From: Candidatus Omnitrophota bacterium
GTDB taxonomy: Bacteria > Omnitrophota > Gorgyraeia > Pluralincolimonadales > Pluralincolimonadaceae
NCBI GenBank assembly: GCA_003141835.1
Contig: PLNR01000005.1
Span: 190,289-254,288 of the forward strand
Length of the DNA: 64,000 nt
Direction of reading: 5' to 3'
Shown: positions 52,953-61,598 of the stretch, one piece after another
Numbering within the stretch: position 1 is the stretch's first letter
Layout: each line of letters starts with the position of its first letter
Notes under the pieces: generated by a model
The model's database searches: none
Told to the model about the DNA's origin: nothing
The model's input: the letters and a program-made list of their open reading frames with translations, nothing else
Position numbers and translations under genes: made by a program

Positions 52953-54094
52953 AGAAAATAAACATTCTGGGTTCTACGGGCTCTATCGGCACTAACGCGC
53001 TCGATGTCGTCTCAAGGCATCCGCGCGAATTTTCGGTCACGGGTCTTGCGGCGCATTCGAACGCCGACCTGCTCATCCGCCAGGCAAAGAAATTCCGCCC
53101 CAAAGCCGTCGCGATATGCAACGAATCGAAGGTCAATGGGGTAAGGAAGGCGCTATCCGGCACCGGGATAAGGGTCCTCGGAGGCTACGAGGGCATAAAT
53201 GAGCTAGCCGGGCAAAAGGAAGCGGATGTCACGCTCGTCTCGATCGTCGGGGCAGCCGGGTTACTGCCGACATTATATGCCATTGACTCGGTAAAAACGG
53301 TGGCACTCGCGAACAAAGAGCCGCTTGTCATGGCCGGCGGGATAATCACGGCGCGCGCGAAAAAGCGCGGCACGAAGATAATCCCGGTGGATTCCGAACA
53401 CAGCGCGATATTCCAGTGTTTGAACGGCCACAACAGGGAAGACCTGAAAAAAATATACCTTACCGGTTCGGGCGGGCCGCTTAAGGATGTAGACGCGGAA
53501 AAGTTCGAGGTCCTTTCTCCCGAGGAGGTCGTAAACCATCCCCGGTGGAAGATGGGCAAGAAGATATCGGTGGATTCGGCGACGCTGATGAACAAGGGCC
53601 TCGAGATAATAGAGGCGAAATGGCTCTTCGGCGTCGGCGCAGACAAGATAGACGTCATTATACATCCCGAGGCGATAATACATTCGATGGTCGAGTTCGT
53701 CGACGGCTCGATAATGGCGCAATTGTCGCAGACGGATATGCGGCTTCCGATAATGTACGCGTTTTCGTATCCGCGCAGGGTAAAGTCGACGCTGCCGGCG
53801 CTTGATTTCGTGAAGCTCGGCAAGTTCACTTTCTCGCCGCCGGATTTCAAGAAGTTCCCGTGCCTTAAAATGGCGTACGAGGCGGCGAAGAACAGCGGGA
53901 CGCAGCCGGCGGTATTGAATGCCGCGAACGAGGAAGCCGTGTTGGCGTTCCTCGGAAAGAAGATAAAATTCACAAAGATACCGAAGATCATCGGGGGAGT
54001 CTTGGCCAAGCACAGGTCAAAGGCTGATCCTTCGCTCGATGAGATACTTCAAATAGACGCCTGGGCAAGGTCCGAGGCGAGGAGGTTGATTTAA
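52949..54094 (+). CDS. dxr: DXP reductoisomerase
   Basis: [32 protein letters not shown]. Confidence 0.96.
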   Translation: MKKINILGSTGSIGTNALDVVSRHPREFSVTGLAAHSNADLLIRQAKKFRPKAVAICNESKVNGVRKALSGTGIRVLGGYEGINELAGQKEADVTLVSIVGAAGLLPTLYAIDSVKTVALANKEPLVMAGGIITARAKKRGTKIIPVDSEHSAIFQCLNGHNREDLKKIYLTGSGGPLKDVDAEKFEVLSPEEVVNHPRWKMGKKISVDSATLMNKGLEIIEAKWLFGVGADKIDVIIHPEAIIHSMVEFVDGSIMAQLSQTDMRLPIMYAFSYPRRVKSTLPALDFVKLGKFTFSPPDFKKFPCLKMAYEAAKNSGTQPAVLNAANEEAVLAFLGKKIKFTKIPKIIGGVLAKHRSKADPSLDEILQIDAWARSEARRLI

Positions 54095-55152
54095 TGGTGA
54101 TCTGGATCATTGTCGCGCTTGCTTTTTCCTTTTTGATATTAGTGCATGAACTGGGCCATTTTATTGCGGCTTTGAGCCAGGGTATTAAAGTTGAAATATT
54201 TTCTTTTGGATTCGGCCGTCCCCTGGTCTCATTTAAAAGGAAGGGTATCGAATACAGGATATCGATATTCCCGTTCGGCGGTTATGTGAAAATGGCAGGG
54301 GATGAGATGCAGGAAAAGAGAGAAGGCCATCCATGGGAGTTTTTGTCCGCCCCAGCCGGTAAAAAGATCAAGGTTGCTTTCGCCGGCGCATTGTGTAATT
54401 ACCTGGCGGGACTGGTGTTGCTTTGCCTTATATTTTATATCGGTTACCCTATTTCAACAAAAGTCGGTTCAGTGCTTCCCGGGTATCCTGCCGAAGCCGC
54501 CGGTATTAAAGCAGGCGATACTATCGTCGCGATAGACGGGAAACCGGTAAGAAATTGGATGTTTATGACCGATGTCATAAAAGGCAAGACAAAAGGTTCC
54601 ATTGCTTTGGCGTTAAAGAGGGACGATTCTGTTGTTAATGTGAGCATAACACCCAAAGTGCAGACAGGCGAAGATATATTCAGGAGAAAAGTAAAGATCG
54701 GATTGATCGGGATAACTCCGCAAATCGGCGGGACGATCGAATATGAGAAATTCGGGATCATGAAATCCGTAGAATTAGGTGTCAGCGAGCTCCTTTGGAT
54801 GACCAAGGTGACCTATAAGGGCATCTGGTACATGTTGATAGGACAGGTTTCGATAAAAGAATCGATGGGGCCTATCGGGATAATCAGCGTAATAGGAGTG
54901 GCGGCAAAATTGGGCCTTACCCCGTTATTGGGCTTGGTGGCGACCATAAGCGTAGCGTTAGCGGTATTTAATCTATTGCCGTTGCTTCCGCTGGACGGAG
55001 GGTATATCATATTTTTTGTGATCGAAAAGTTAAGGGGCAGGCCTGTCAGCAAAAAGATATTTGAGAATTTCATGAATGCAGGTTGGTTTTTAGTGATATT
55101 GTTATTTATGTTCACGGCGTATAACGATATACCCAGGATTCTTGGAAAATGA
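54094..55152 (+). CDS. rseP: RIP metalloprotease RseP
   Basis: HELGH, PFGGYVKM, one PDZ domain, NLLP..PLDGG. Confidence 0.93.
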   Translation: MVIWIIVALAFSFLILVHELGHFIAALSQGIKVEIFSFGFGRPLVSFKRKGIEYRISIFPFGGYVKMAGDEMQEKREGHPWEFLSAPAGKKIKVAFAGALCNYLAGLVLLCLIFYIGYPISTKVGSVLPGYPAEAAGIKAGDTIVAIDGKPVRNWMFMTDVIKGKTKGSIALALKRDDSVVNVSITPKVQTGEDIFRRKVKIGLIGITPQIGGTIEYEKFGIMKSVELGVSELLWMTKVTYKGIWYMLIGQVSIKESMGPIGIISVIGVAAKLGLTPLLGLVATISVALAVFNLLPLLPLDGGYIIFFVIEKLRGRPVSKKIFENFMNAGWFLVILLFMFTAYNDIPRILGK

Positions 55153-56252
55153 AGATCACAAGACGCAAGACAAGGACTATAAACTTAGGCGGGGTAAAGA
55201 TAGGCGGGACGAGCCCTGTATCGGTGCAGTCGATGACGAAGACCGATACCATGGACGTTGCCGCGACGGTCGCGCAGATAAAAGAGCTTGAGCTCGCCGG
55301 CTGCGATATCGTGCGCACAGCCGTCAAGGATGCCTCGTGCTGCGATGCCCTTGCGAAGATAATGAAGAAGATAAACATCCCGCTCGAGGCCGACATACAT
55401 TTCGATTACAGGCTGGCCATAAAGGCGATAGAGGCAGGTGTTGACGGTGTCCGGCTAAACCCCGGAAACGTCTACAAGAAAGACGAAATCGCTGCGGTGA
55501 TAAATCTTGCGAAAAAGCGTCATATACCCGTTCGCGTTGGGGTCAATTCTGGTTCCGTGCGACCCCATGGTGCGCGAGCCATTAAGCTACAATCAGGGCG
55601 AAGCGAACCAAGGCTTCCAGAGCTCATGGTCAAGACCGCCTCGGATTACTTGAAACTCATCGAGTCGCTCGGTTTTCGCGACCTGATGGTCTCGTTGAAA
55701 TGCTCGGACGTGCCGCAGACGATAGACGCTTACCGTCTTATGGCAAAGAAATGCGACTACCCGTTCCATCTGGGTGTCACGGCAGCCGGCCCTGAACTTT
55801 CGGGCACGGTAAAGTCCACGCTAGGTATCGGCATTTTGCTTGCAGAGGGGATAGGTGACACGATCCGCGTCTCGCTCACAGGAGACCCTGTTCAGGAAGT
55901 CATCGTCGGAAAAAATATAATCCAGGGGCTCGGGCTTCGCAGGTTTGGCCCCGAGGTCCTGTCATGCCCGACTTGCGGCAGGACAGAAGTGGATATCATA
56001 GGCATCGCCAATAAAGTTGAACAGGCGCTCGGCAAGATAAAAGATAAAAAGGGCAAGCTCTCAAGCCTGCGGGTGGCTGTCATGGGTTGTGTAGTCAACG
56101 GCCCGGGAGAGGCGAAAGAGGCCGACCTCGGCATCGCCGCGGGAAAGGGCAGCGGATTTCTCTTTATTAAAGGCAAGCCCGCGCGTAAAATAAAAGAGAG
56201 CGAATTCGTCAGCGCGATCGTTACCGAGATCAATAAAATACTGAAGGGTTGA
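55149..56252 (+). CDS. ispG: HMBPP synthase
   Basis: VQSMT, ADIHF, RLNPGN, GDTIRVSL, CPTCGR, MGCVVNGPGE. Confidence 0.96.
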   Translation: MKITRRKTRTINLGGVKIGGTSPVSVQSMTKTDTMDVAATVAQIKELELAGCDIVRTAVKDASCCDALAKIMKKINIPLEADIHFDYRLAIKAIEAGVDGVRLNPGNVYKKDEIAAVINLAKKRHIPVRVGVNSGSVRPHGARAIKLQSGRSEPRLPELMVKTASDYLKLIESLGFRDLMVSLKCSDVPQTIDAYRLMAKKCDYPFHLGVTAAGPELSGTVKSTLGIGILLAEGIGDTIRVSLTGDPVQEVIVGKNIIQGLGLRRFGPEVLSCPTCGRTEVDIIGIANKVEQALGKIKDKKGKLSSLRVAVMGCVVNGPGEAKEADLGIAAGKGSGFLFIKGKPARKIKESEFVSAIVTEINKILKG

Positions 56253-56256
56253 CAAC

Positions 56257-57579
56257 ATGAGATGGACGCAAGCTTTAATCCCGACACTTAAAGAAGACCC
56301 GGCAGAGGCGGAGATAATAAGCCACAAGCTTATGATCCGCGCCGGGCTTATCCGCAAGCTCACCGCAGGCGCTTACACATACCTGCCGCTCGGATGGCGC
56401 GTCCTCAACAAAGTAGAAAATATAATCCGCGAGGAGATGGACGCCAAAGGCGCGCAGGAGATCCTGATGCCCGCGCTCCAGCCCTCCGAATTATGGAAGG
56501 AATCCGGAAGATACACCGCCCTCGGCGAAGATATGATCAAGTTCATCGATCGCCACGGCAAGGAGACTATCCTGGGCCCGACCCACGAGGAGATAATAAC
56601 CGACCTCGTCAGGGGAACTGTAAAGTCCTACAAAGAACTACCCCTCATACTTTACCAGATACAGGTCAAATTCCGCGACGAGATACGCCCGCGCTCCGGT
56701 GTCTTGCGCTCGCGCGAGTTCATAATGAAGGACGCCTATTCATTCGACCGCGACACCACCGGCCTCGACAAAAACTATAAAAAAATGTACGACGCCTATT
56801 GCGCGATATTCACCCGCTGCGGCCTGAAGTTTTTGGCCGTTGAGGCCGATACCGGCGTAATGGGCGGCGACGTCTCGCACGAGTTCATGGTCCTATCCGA
56901 GAGCGGCGAGGATACGCTCGCCCATTGCGCGAAATGCGGATACGCGGCAAGCTTGGATAAACATCTTTTGAATCTTAATGTCAAAAAGGATTTCAAGATA
57001 GAAACTCTTGACGATATCAAGAAGATAGACAAGGGTGACAAGTGCCCGAAATGCGGCACCGAGATAAAACTTGAACAGGCGATCGAGATAGGCCATGTCT
57101 TCAAGCTCGGCACCAAATATTCGAAGGCGATGTCCGCCAATTTCCTCGGCGAGGACGGCAAGGAAAGAATATATATAATGGGCTGCTACGGCATTGGCGT
57201 CAACAGGATAATCGCCGCGCTCATCGAGCAGAGCCACGACAAGGACGGCATCATCTGGCACCAGTCGATAGCGCCCTATACAGTCGCAATACTCCCGCTC
57301 AACACCTCTCACACAGCTTCGATGGAGGCAGCCGAGAAGATATACGCCGAGCTGACCTCCGCCGGAATCGAATGCATCCTCGACGACCGCCCCGAACGCG
57401 CCGGCGTAAAGTTCAAAGACTCCGACCTCATCGGCTTCCCGATCCAAATAATCATAGGTGAAAAGAATATCGCCAACGGCGAAGTCGAGATCAAAGACCG
57501 CAAGACTAAGGAACTTAAAATAGTTAAGATAGATGAGGCGGTTAATACAGTAAAGCAAGTTTTAGCCCTTAGTTCGTAG
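56257..57579 (+). CDS. proS: Prolyl-tRNA synthetase (short form, no INS editing domain)
   Basis: GPTHEE, FRDEIRPR, REFIMKD, EIGHVFKLG, MGCYGIG; only 440 aa. Confidence 0.95.
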   Translation: MRWTQALIPTLKEDPAEAEIISHKLMIRAGLIRKLTAGAYTYLPLGWRVLNKVENIIREEMDAKGAQEILMPALQPSELWKESGRYTALGEDMIKFIDRHGKETILGPTHEEIITDLVRGTVKSYKELPLILYQIQVKFRDEIRPRSGVLRSREFIMKDAYSFDRDTTGLDKNYKKMYDAYCAIFTRCGLKFLAVEADTGVMGGDVSHEFMVLSESGEDTLAHCAKCGYAASLDKHLLNLNVKKDFKIETLDDIKKIDKGDKCPKCGTEIKLEQAIEIGHVFKLGTKYSKAMSANFLGEDGKERIYIMGCYGIGVNRIIAALIEQSHDKDGIIWHQSIAPYTVAILPLNTSHTASMEAAEKIYAELTSAGIECILDDRPERAGVKFKDSDLIGFPIQIIIGEKNIANGEVEIKDRKTKELKIVKIDEAVNTVKQVLALSS

Positions 57580-57587
57580 TTCTTAGT

Positions 57588-57700
57588 AAAGCGGTCCCCT
57601 GCTTCGGGATTCATTCTTCGCTCGGATCTCCTCGCCGCTGTTTCACAGCGACTGCGGGGATAACTCGCTCAGAATAGAATCCGCTCGCGGGGCCCCTTTT
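57588..57700. repeat. ~113-bp bulged hairpin element
   Basis: Nested stems GGATTC-ATTCT / AGAAT-A-GAATCC and CGCTGT-TTC-ACAGCG, with outer GC arms. Confidence 0.75.
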
Positions 57701-57712
57701 ATCGGTGCAGCC

Positions 57713-57739
57713 GTCATTCCCGCGCAAGAGGGAATCTAG
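57713..57739. repeat. dRS3-like short palindrome
   Basis: GTC-ATTCCC-N8-GGGAAT-CTAG. Confidence 0.65.
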
Positions 57740-57746
57740 GAATAAA

Positions 57747-57774
57747 GCGGAATGTTCCAAAGTCACACGTCCCC
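57747..57774 (+). repeat. Island repeat, right-arm copy 1
   Basis: GCGGAATGTTCCAAAGTCACACGTCCCC; 23/28 identical to 58662-58689. Confidence 0.8.
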
Positions 57775-57805
57775 AAAATAATATTAACTATCAAAGGAGA
57801 ACAAT

Positions 57806-58612
57806 ATGCCAGAACCAGTTGGCATACGAGCAGCGAAAATAGGCGCCGCCGCTGTTATTATTGCAGCCATTGTCACAGGGCTTTTTTTAGTACTTAAGCC
57901 TTCTCAGAGCTCTCAGCAGAAAGCTACCATAGATGGAGCCAACAACCCAATTGCCATGTTTGGTACGGCTCGCGACGTAACTATTAGCTACAACATGCCT
58001 GATACGGCTACGCGAGAGGCAGTTGACTTCCTGAAAAAGAAGGCTGAAGATACCGATGCAGCGATCGGACTCACGCGGAAAGAAATTCTGCTTCTTTCTA
58101 AAGCCCTCCAAGATCTCGACCAAAGAACTTCCGGGCTACAAAAACTTCCCGATGGGCGAACCTTGTTTGGCAGTTTAATTTCAGGAAACCCAACAATCGT
58201 TATCCAAGAGCATGAGGCCGCAGCAACCCTGTTTTCTGCGGGGGACTACAAAACCGCTTTAGAACATTCCCAGAGAGCCATAAAAGCCTATGAGGATGCG
58301 AAACAGATACCGGCCAGTATGAGTACAGGAGATCTGGGACCAGAAGACGTCAGCAAACTATATTACCTGGCCGCATTAATTTCCCAAAAGCTTCAAAATA
58401 AAGAATTGGTATACAAGTATGCAGTGAAAGCTGCAGAGATACAACCATCATCCGAACATCAAGTGTTTCTTGCTACGGCTCTCTTTAACATTGGGAGAGT
58501 TGATGAAGCTATCGCAGTTATAAGTAAAGCCGTAGAAATGGAACCGAGTAATGGAGAGTACAGGCGGTTGAAGGATGAAATGTCTAAACGGATGGAAATT
58601 AAAAATAAATAG
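57806..58612 (+). CDS. Membrane-anchored TPR-like protein
   Basis: AAGGAG RBS, N-terminal TM, coiled coil, TPR-like helices (LATALFNIGRVDEAI....KAVEMEP). Confidence 0.75.
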   Translation: MPEPVGIRAAKIGAAAVIIAAIVTGLFLVLKPSQSSQQKATIDGANNPIAMFGTARDVTISYNMPDTATREAVDFLKKKAEDTDAAIGLTRKEILLLSKALQDLDQRTSGLQKLPDGRTLFGSLISGNPTIVIQEHEAAATLFSAGDYKTALEHSQRAIKAYEDAKQIPASMSTGDLGPEDVSKLYYLAALISQKLQNKELVYKYAVKAAEIQPSSEHQVFLATALFNIGRVDEAIAVISKAVEMEPSNGEYRRLKDEMSKRMEIKNK

Positions 58613-58689
58613 GGGACGTGTCAAAAAGGCAAGGTACCCGTTAGGGTAGACAGGTCGCAGAGCGGAGTGTCCCAAAGTCATACGTCTCT
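58606..58689. repeat. Complete island repeat (left arm + right arm)
   Basis: TAAATAGGGGACGTGTCAAAAAG ... GCGGAGTGTCCCAAAGTCATACGTCTCT; the ends are mutually complementary. Confidence 0.78.
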
Positions 58690-58836
58690 AGTTTCATTCA
58701 CCAGACGCGTGGTACACTTGACGTAAATAAGGACGACATCGTCCGATTGTGCCCCGGATGTAGGAATAAGCCCACCTGCGGGGAGTGGGATAAGGAACAG
58801 GAACTTACGTGTTTTTGCCTGGAGAGCGTGTTTTAA
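58690..58836 (+). pseudogene. Possible start-less 3' gene fragment, Cys-rich
   Basis: Open frame ...RLCPGCRNKPTCGEWDKEQELTCFCLESVF* with no ATG. Confidence 0.3.
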
Positions 58837-58862
58837 ATTAGAACAGAAGGAAGCAAACTGAT

Positions 58863-59219
58863 ATGGAAAAAATGTTAATTTTATTTTTGCTGGCAACCAT
58901 TATTATGATAATTATTATAGTAAAATCGAAAATTCGATTATTTAGTATGTACTTTTTTATTGTCGGAGCCCTAATGCCGTTAATATTATTTGCTTTTTGT
59001 TTTATTATTAGAAATACTGCCTTACCGGCTAAAATCTTTTGGATAGTTAGTTTCCCGGCCTTTATTCTTTGCGTGCTTTCATCGATTGGGGGTATTATTG
59101 AAATTTTTGCACGAAAAATAACTAGAAATTATTTATACCTTCCGATTAGCGGTCTGGTTTGTTCGCTCTTTTTATGGTTATTTTTGGTTAGTGCTTTGAG
59201 AATAGTGAATGGTGCCTAA
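58863..59219 (+). CDS. Hypothetical membrane protein (very AT-rich, ~4 TM)
   Basis: Hydrophobic ORF, AAGGA upstream. Confidence 0.65.
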   Translation: MEKMLILFLLATIIMIIIIVKSKIRLFSMYFFIVGALMPLILFAFCFIIRNTALPAKIFWIVSFPAFILCVLSSIGGIIEIFARKITRNYLYLPISGLVCSLFLWLFLVSALRIVNGA

Positions 59220-59226
59220 CAGAAGA

Positions 59227-59249
59227 TAAATAGGGGATGTTTCAAAAAG
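59227..59249 (+). repeat. Island repeat, left-arm copy 2
   Basis: TAAATAGGGGATGTTTCAAAAAG; 21/23 identical to 58606-58628. Confidence 0.8.
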
Positions 59250-59524
59250 TGACAAAGGGAAGAATAGCATCTGCGGTAGTAGCGGTCTTTTACGTCGTTC
59301 TCGCGTCTTTGGCGGGAGGGCCGGAGGCAGCATTTAAAGTTTTTATATTTATCCTGCTTCCGCTCGGATGCATTTGGTACGGCCAAGCTCTCGGGTCATT
59401 TAAAGGCATTATGCGCGGACAATACGTTGACACCCCTACCCCCGGCTGCCTTGTAACATTTCTCGGATGGATAATCTTGTTACTTCCTGTGGTTATGGTG
59501 GTTTTTAATTTACTTAAAGGATAA
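59237..59524 (+). CDS. Hypothetical membrane protein (~3 TM)
   Basis: Hydrophobic ORF with LPLGCIWYG and TPGCLV..LGW; ATG lies inside the repeat. Confidence 0.65.
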   Translation: MFQKVTKGRIASAVVAVFYVVLASLAGGPEAAFKVFIFILLPLGCIWYGQALGSFKGIMRGQYVDTPTPGCLVTFLGWIILLLPVVMVVFNLLKG

Positions 59525-59544
59525 AAAGTGACAGGTCATAAAAC

Positions 59545-59775
59545 TTGGTAAAAATCTATTCTCCCAAAAATGAGGCCGAGCTTTCCATTATTCGCAGTAT
59601 CCTTGACAGCGAGGGCATCGCGTATTATATCCATAATGATGATTTCGGTTCTCTGAACGTAGGGTCCAGCATGTCCTCATTTAACGAAAAAACTATTATG
59701 GTCGATGAAAAGGACGCGGAAAGGGCAAAAGAGCTCGTTTCGGATTATCTGAAAACTACAAAAGAAGGACCGTAA
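59545..59775 (+). CDS. DUF2007-like putative signal-transducing protein
   Basis: E..IIRSILDSEGI, IMVDEKDAERAKEL; weak TTG start. Confidence 0.7.
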   Translation: MVKIYSPKNEAELSIIRSILDSEGIAYYIHNDDFGSLNVGSSMSSFNEKTIMVDEKDAERAKELVSDYLKTTKEGP

Positions 59776-59813
59776 GTAGCTTAAATCCTCGTATTTTACC
59801 CCCAAAAAACCCC

Positions 59814-59842
59814 TTGACACCATAGCTCCATCGTAGTATACT
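59814..59842 (+). promoter_or_regulatory. Sigma70-type promoter of rimP-nusA-infB
   Basis: TTGACA-17 bp-TATACT. Confidence 0.8.
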
Positions 59843-59875
59843 AACTTTACATTCAGCACCACTTTTTAAAAGGAG

Positions 59876-59904
59876 AAGTGGGTAAAAAACTACCCGCTTT
59901 TTTT
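59876..59904 (+). terminator. rimP leader terminator/attenuator
   Basis: AAGTGGGTA-AAAAAC-TACCCGCTT followed by a T-tract, between promoter and rimP. Confidence 0.75.
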
Positions 59905-59938
59905 GTTGTCTTTTTCCGGAAAACAGCCCTAAATAGCC

Positions 59939-60403
59939 ATGGAAGAGAACGTTATAATAGATAAAGTCGGGGAATTGGTGTCTCCGCTCCTTTCGGAAGC
60001 GGGCGTTGAGCTTGTCGACCTGACTTACCGCAGGGAGACCGGCGGAATGGTCCTGCGTTTCTCGGTCGATAAGGCCGGCGGGATAACGGTCGGCGAATGC
60101 GGTGCCCTGAACCGTAAAATAGCGGCGGTCCTCGACGAGACGGACCTGATAGATGGTCCTTATACGCTCGAAGTGCAGTCGCCCGGCCTCGACAGGAAGC
60201 TCGTAAAGACGAGCGATTTCGAGCGGACTATAGGCAAGGACATATTTGTGGTAACTTATGGCCCGGTTGAGAACAAGAGGGAGTTCACCGGGAAACTTAA
60301 ATGGGTCGGCGAGGATAGCATAAAGTTAGAATTTCCTGCGGGCGGTGAGGTGACGATCCCCCGTAACATGATAGCGAAAGCGAAGCTTCACTTCGAATTT
60401 TAG
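59939..60403 (+). CDS. rimP: Ribosome maturation factor RimP
   Basis: GGIT..EC, YTLEVQSPGLDR.L; precedes nusA. Confidence 0.93.
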   Translation: MEENVIIDKVGELVSPLLSEAGVELVDLTYRRETGGMVLRFSVDKAGGITVGECGALNRKIAAVLDETDLIDGPYTLEVQSPGLDRKLVKTSDFERTIGKDIFVVTYGPVENKREFTGKLKWVGEDSIKLEFPAGGEVTIPRNMIAKAKLHFEF

Positions 60404-60416
60404 AAAAGGAAAAGAT

Positions 60417-61595
60417 ATGAACGGAGAACTATTATCGGTTTTGGACCACTTAGAGAGGGAAAAGGGCATCGACCGCGAGGTACTGATAGCGGCCGTAGAG
60501 AGCGCCCTTGTCAGCGCCGCCAAGAAGGCGCTCGGCTCCCAGACTGAGGACGTCGAGGTAAAGATGGACAGGAAATCCGGCGAGGTAACGGTATTATCGG
60601 GCGGGAAAGAGGTAAAGTCCGGGGACTTTGGCCGCATAGCCGCGCAGACAGCCAAGCAGATCATCATCCAGAAGATCCGCGAGGCCGAGCGCGACGTCAT
60701 ATTCACCGATTACACCAGCCGCGTTGGAAGCGTCGTGACCGGCACGGTATACAGGTTCGAGAAGGGAAATATAATCGTGGACCTCGGCAAGACCGAGGGC
60801 TTCATCCCGAAGAGCGAGCAGTCATCGAAAGAGAATTTCAGGCAGGGTGACCGCATAAAGGCATATGTCGTCGAGGTAAAGAAGACCGGCAAGGGCCCGC
60901 AAATAGTCTTATCGCGCGCCAACACCGGCCTTATAAAGAAGCTCTTCGAGCTCGAGATACCCGAGATATACGAGGGTATCGTCGAGGTAAAGTCCATTTC
61001 AAGGGAAGCCGGCGACAGGACGAAGATCGCCGTATTCTCGAAGGACGAGAAGATAGACTGCGTGGGCGCGTGCGTCGGAATGAGAGGTTCGCGCGTAAAA
61101 AATATAGTCAAGGAGCTGCAGGGCGAGAAGATAGACATCGTCCGCTGGAGCGACGATACAAAAGAGTATATATTGGCGTCGCTTAATCCGGCGAAGATAT
61201 CTACGGTAAAGCTCGACAAAGAGGCGAAACGGGCGCAGGTCACGGTCGATGACGACCAGCTGAGCCTCGCCATCGGCAAGAAAGGCCAGAACGTCAGGCT
61301 GGCGTCGAAGCTGACCGGATGGGAGATAGATATCAAGCCGAAGGCCTCGCTTCTTGAGGCTGCGCCTGCCGCTGAAGGCAAGAAAGAAGCCGGGAAGGCG
61401 GAAAAAGAGGAAGTTTCTGGTATATCATCGCTCGAGGGAGTAGGGCCGAAGACCAAAGGCTTGCTTGAAGAGGCCGGCCTTGATTCGATAGAGAAGATAG
61501 CCGCGTCCTCTGTAGAGGATCTCACTAAGATAAAAGGCATCGGCGAGAAGACGGCAGAAAAAATATTAAAAAGCGCGAAGGGGCTGGCAAAATAA
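60417..61595 (+). CDS. nusA: Transcription factor NusA (with C-terminal HhH)
   Basis: FGRIAAQTAKQ, S1 and KH domains, GACVG.RGSR, AIGKKGQNVRLA. Confidence 0.97.
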   Translation: MNGELLSVLDHLEREKGIDREVLIAAVESALVSAAKKALGSQTEDVEVKMDRKSGEVTVLSGGKEVKSGDFGRIAAQTAKQIIIQKIREAERDVIFTDYTSRVGSVVTGTVYRFEKGNIIVDLGKTEGFIPKSEQSSKENFRQGDRIKAYVVEVKKTGKGPQIVLSRANTGLIKKLFELEIPEIYEGIVEVKSISREAGDRTKIAVFSKDEKIDCVGACVGMRGSRVKNIVKELQGEKIDIVRWSDDTKEYILASLNPAKISTVKLDKEAKRAQVTVDDDQLSLAIGKKGQNVRLASKLTGWEIDIKPKASLLEAAPAAEGKKEAGKAEKEEVSGISSLEGVGPKTKGLLEEAGLDSIEKIAASSVEDLTKIKGIGEKTAEKILKSAKGLAK

Positions 61596-61598
61596 AAT

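Noticed and set aside
55555-55620. Repeat-derived insertion in ispG (GCGAAGCGA; RPHGARAIKLQSGRSEPRL)
   Set aside because: Falls in a naturally variable IspG loop of roughly normal length, with no clear palindrome
56249-56280. TTGACA at the ispG/proS junction as a promoter
   Set aside because: No plausible -10 box at 16-18 bp, and it would fall inside proS
56257-57579. proS as a truncated pseudogene
   Set aside because: All catalytic motifs and the anticodon domain are present; short ProRS lacking the INS editing domain is a known type
57580-59800. Classical integron, IS element or prophage
   Set aside because: No integrase, transposase or phage gene and no complete RYYYAAC...GTTRRRY site; kept only as an integron-like finding
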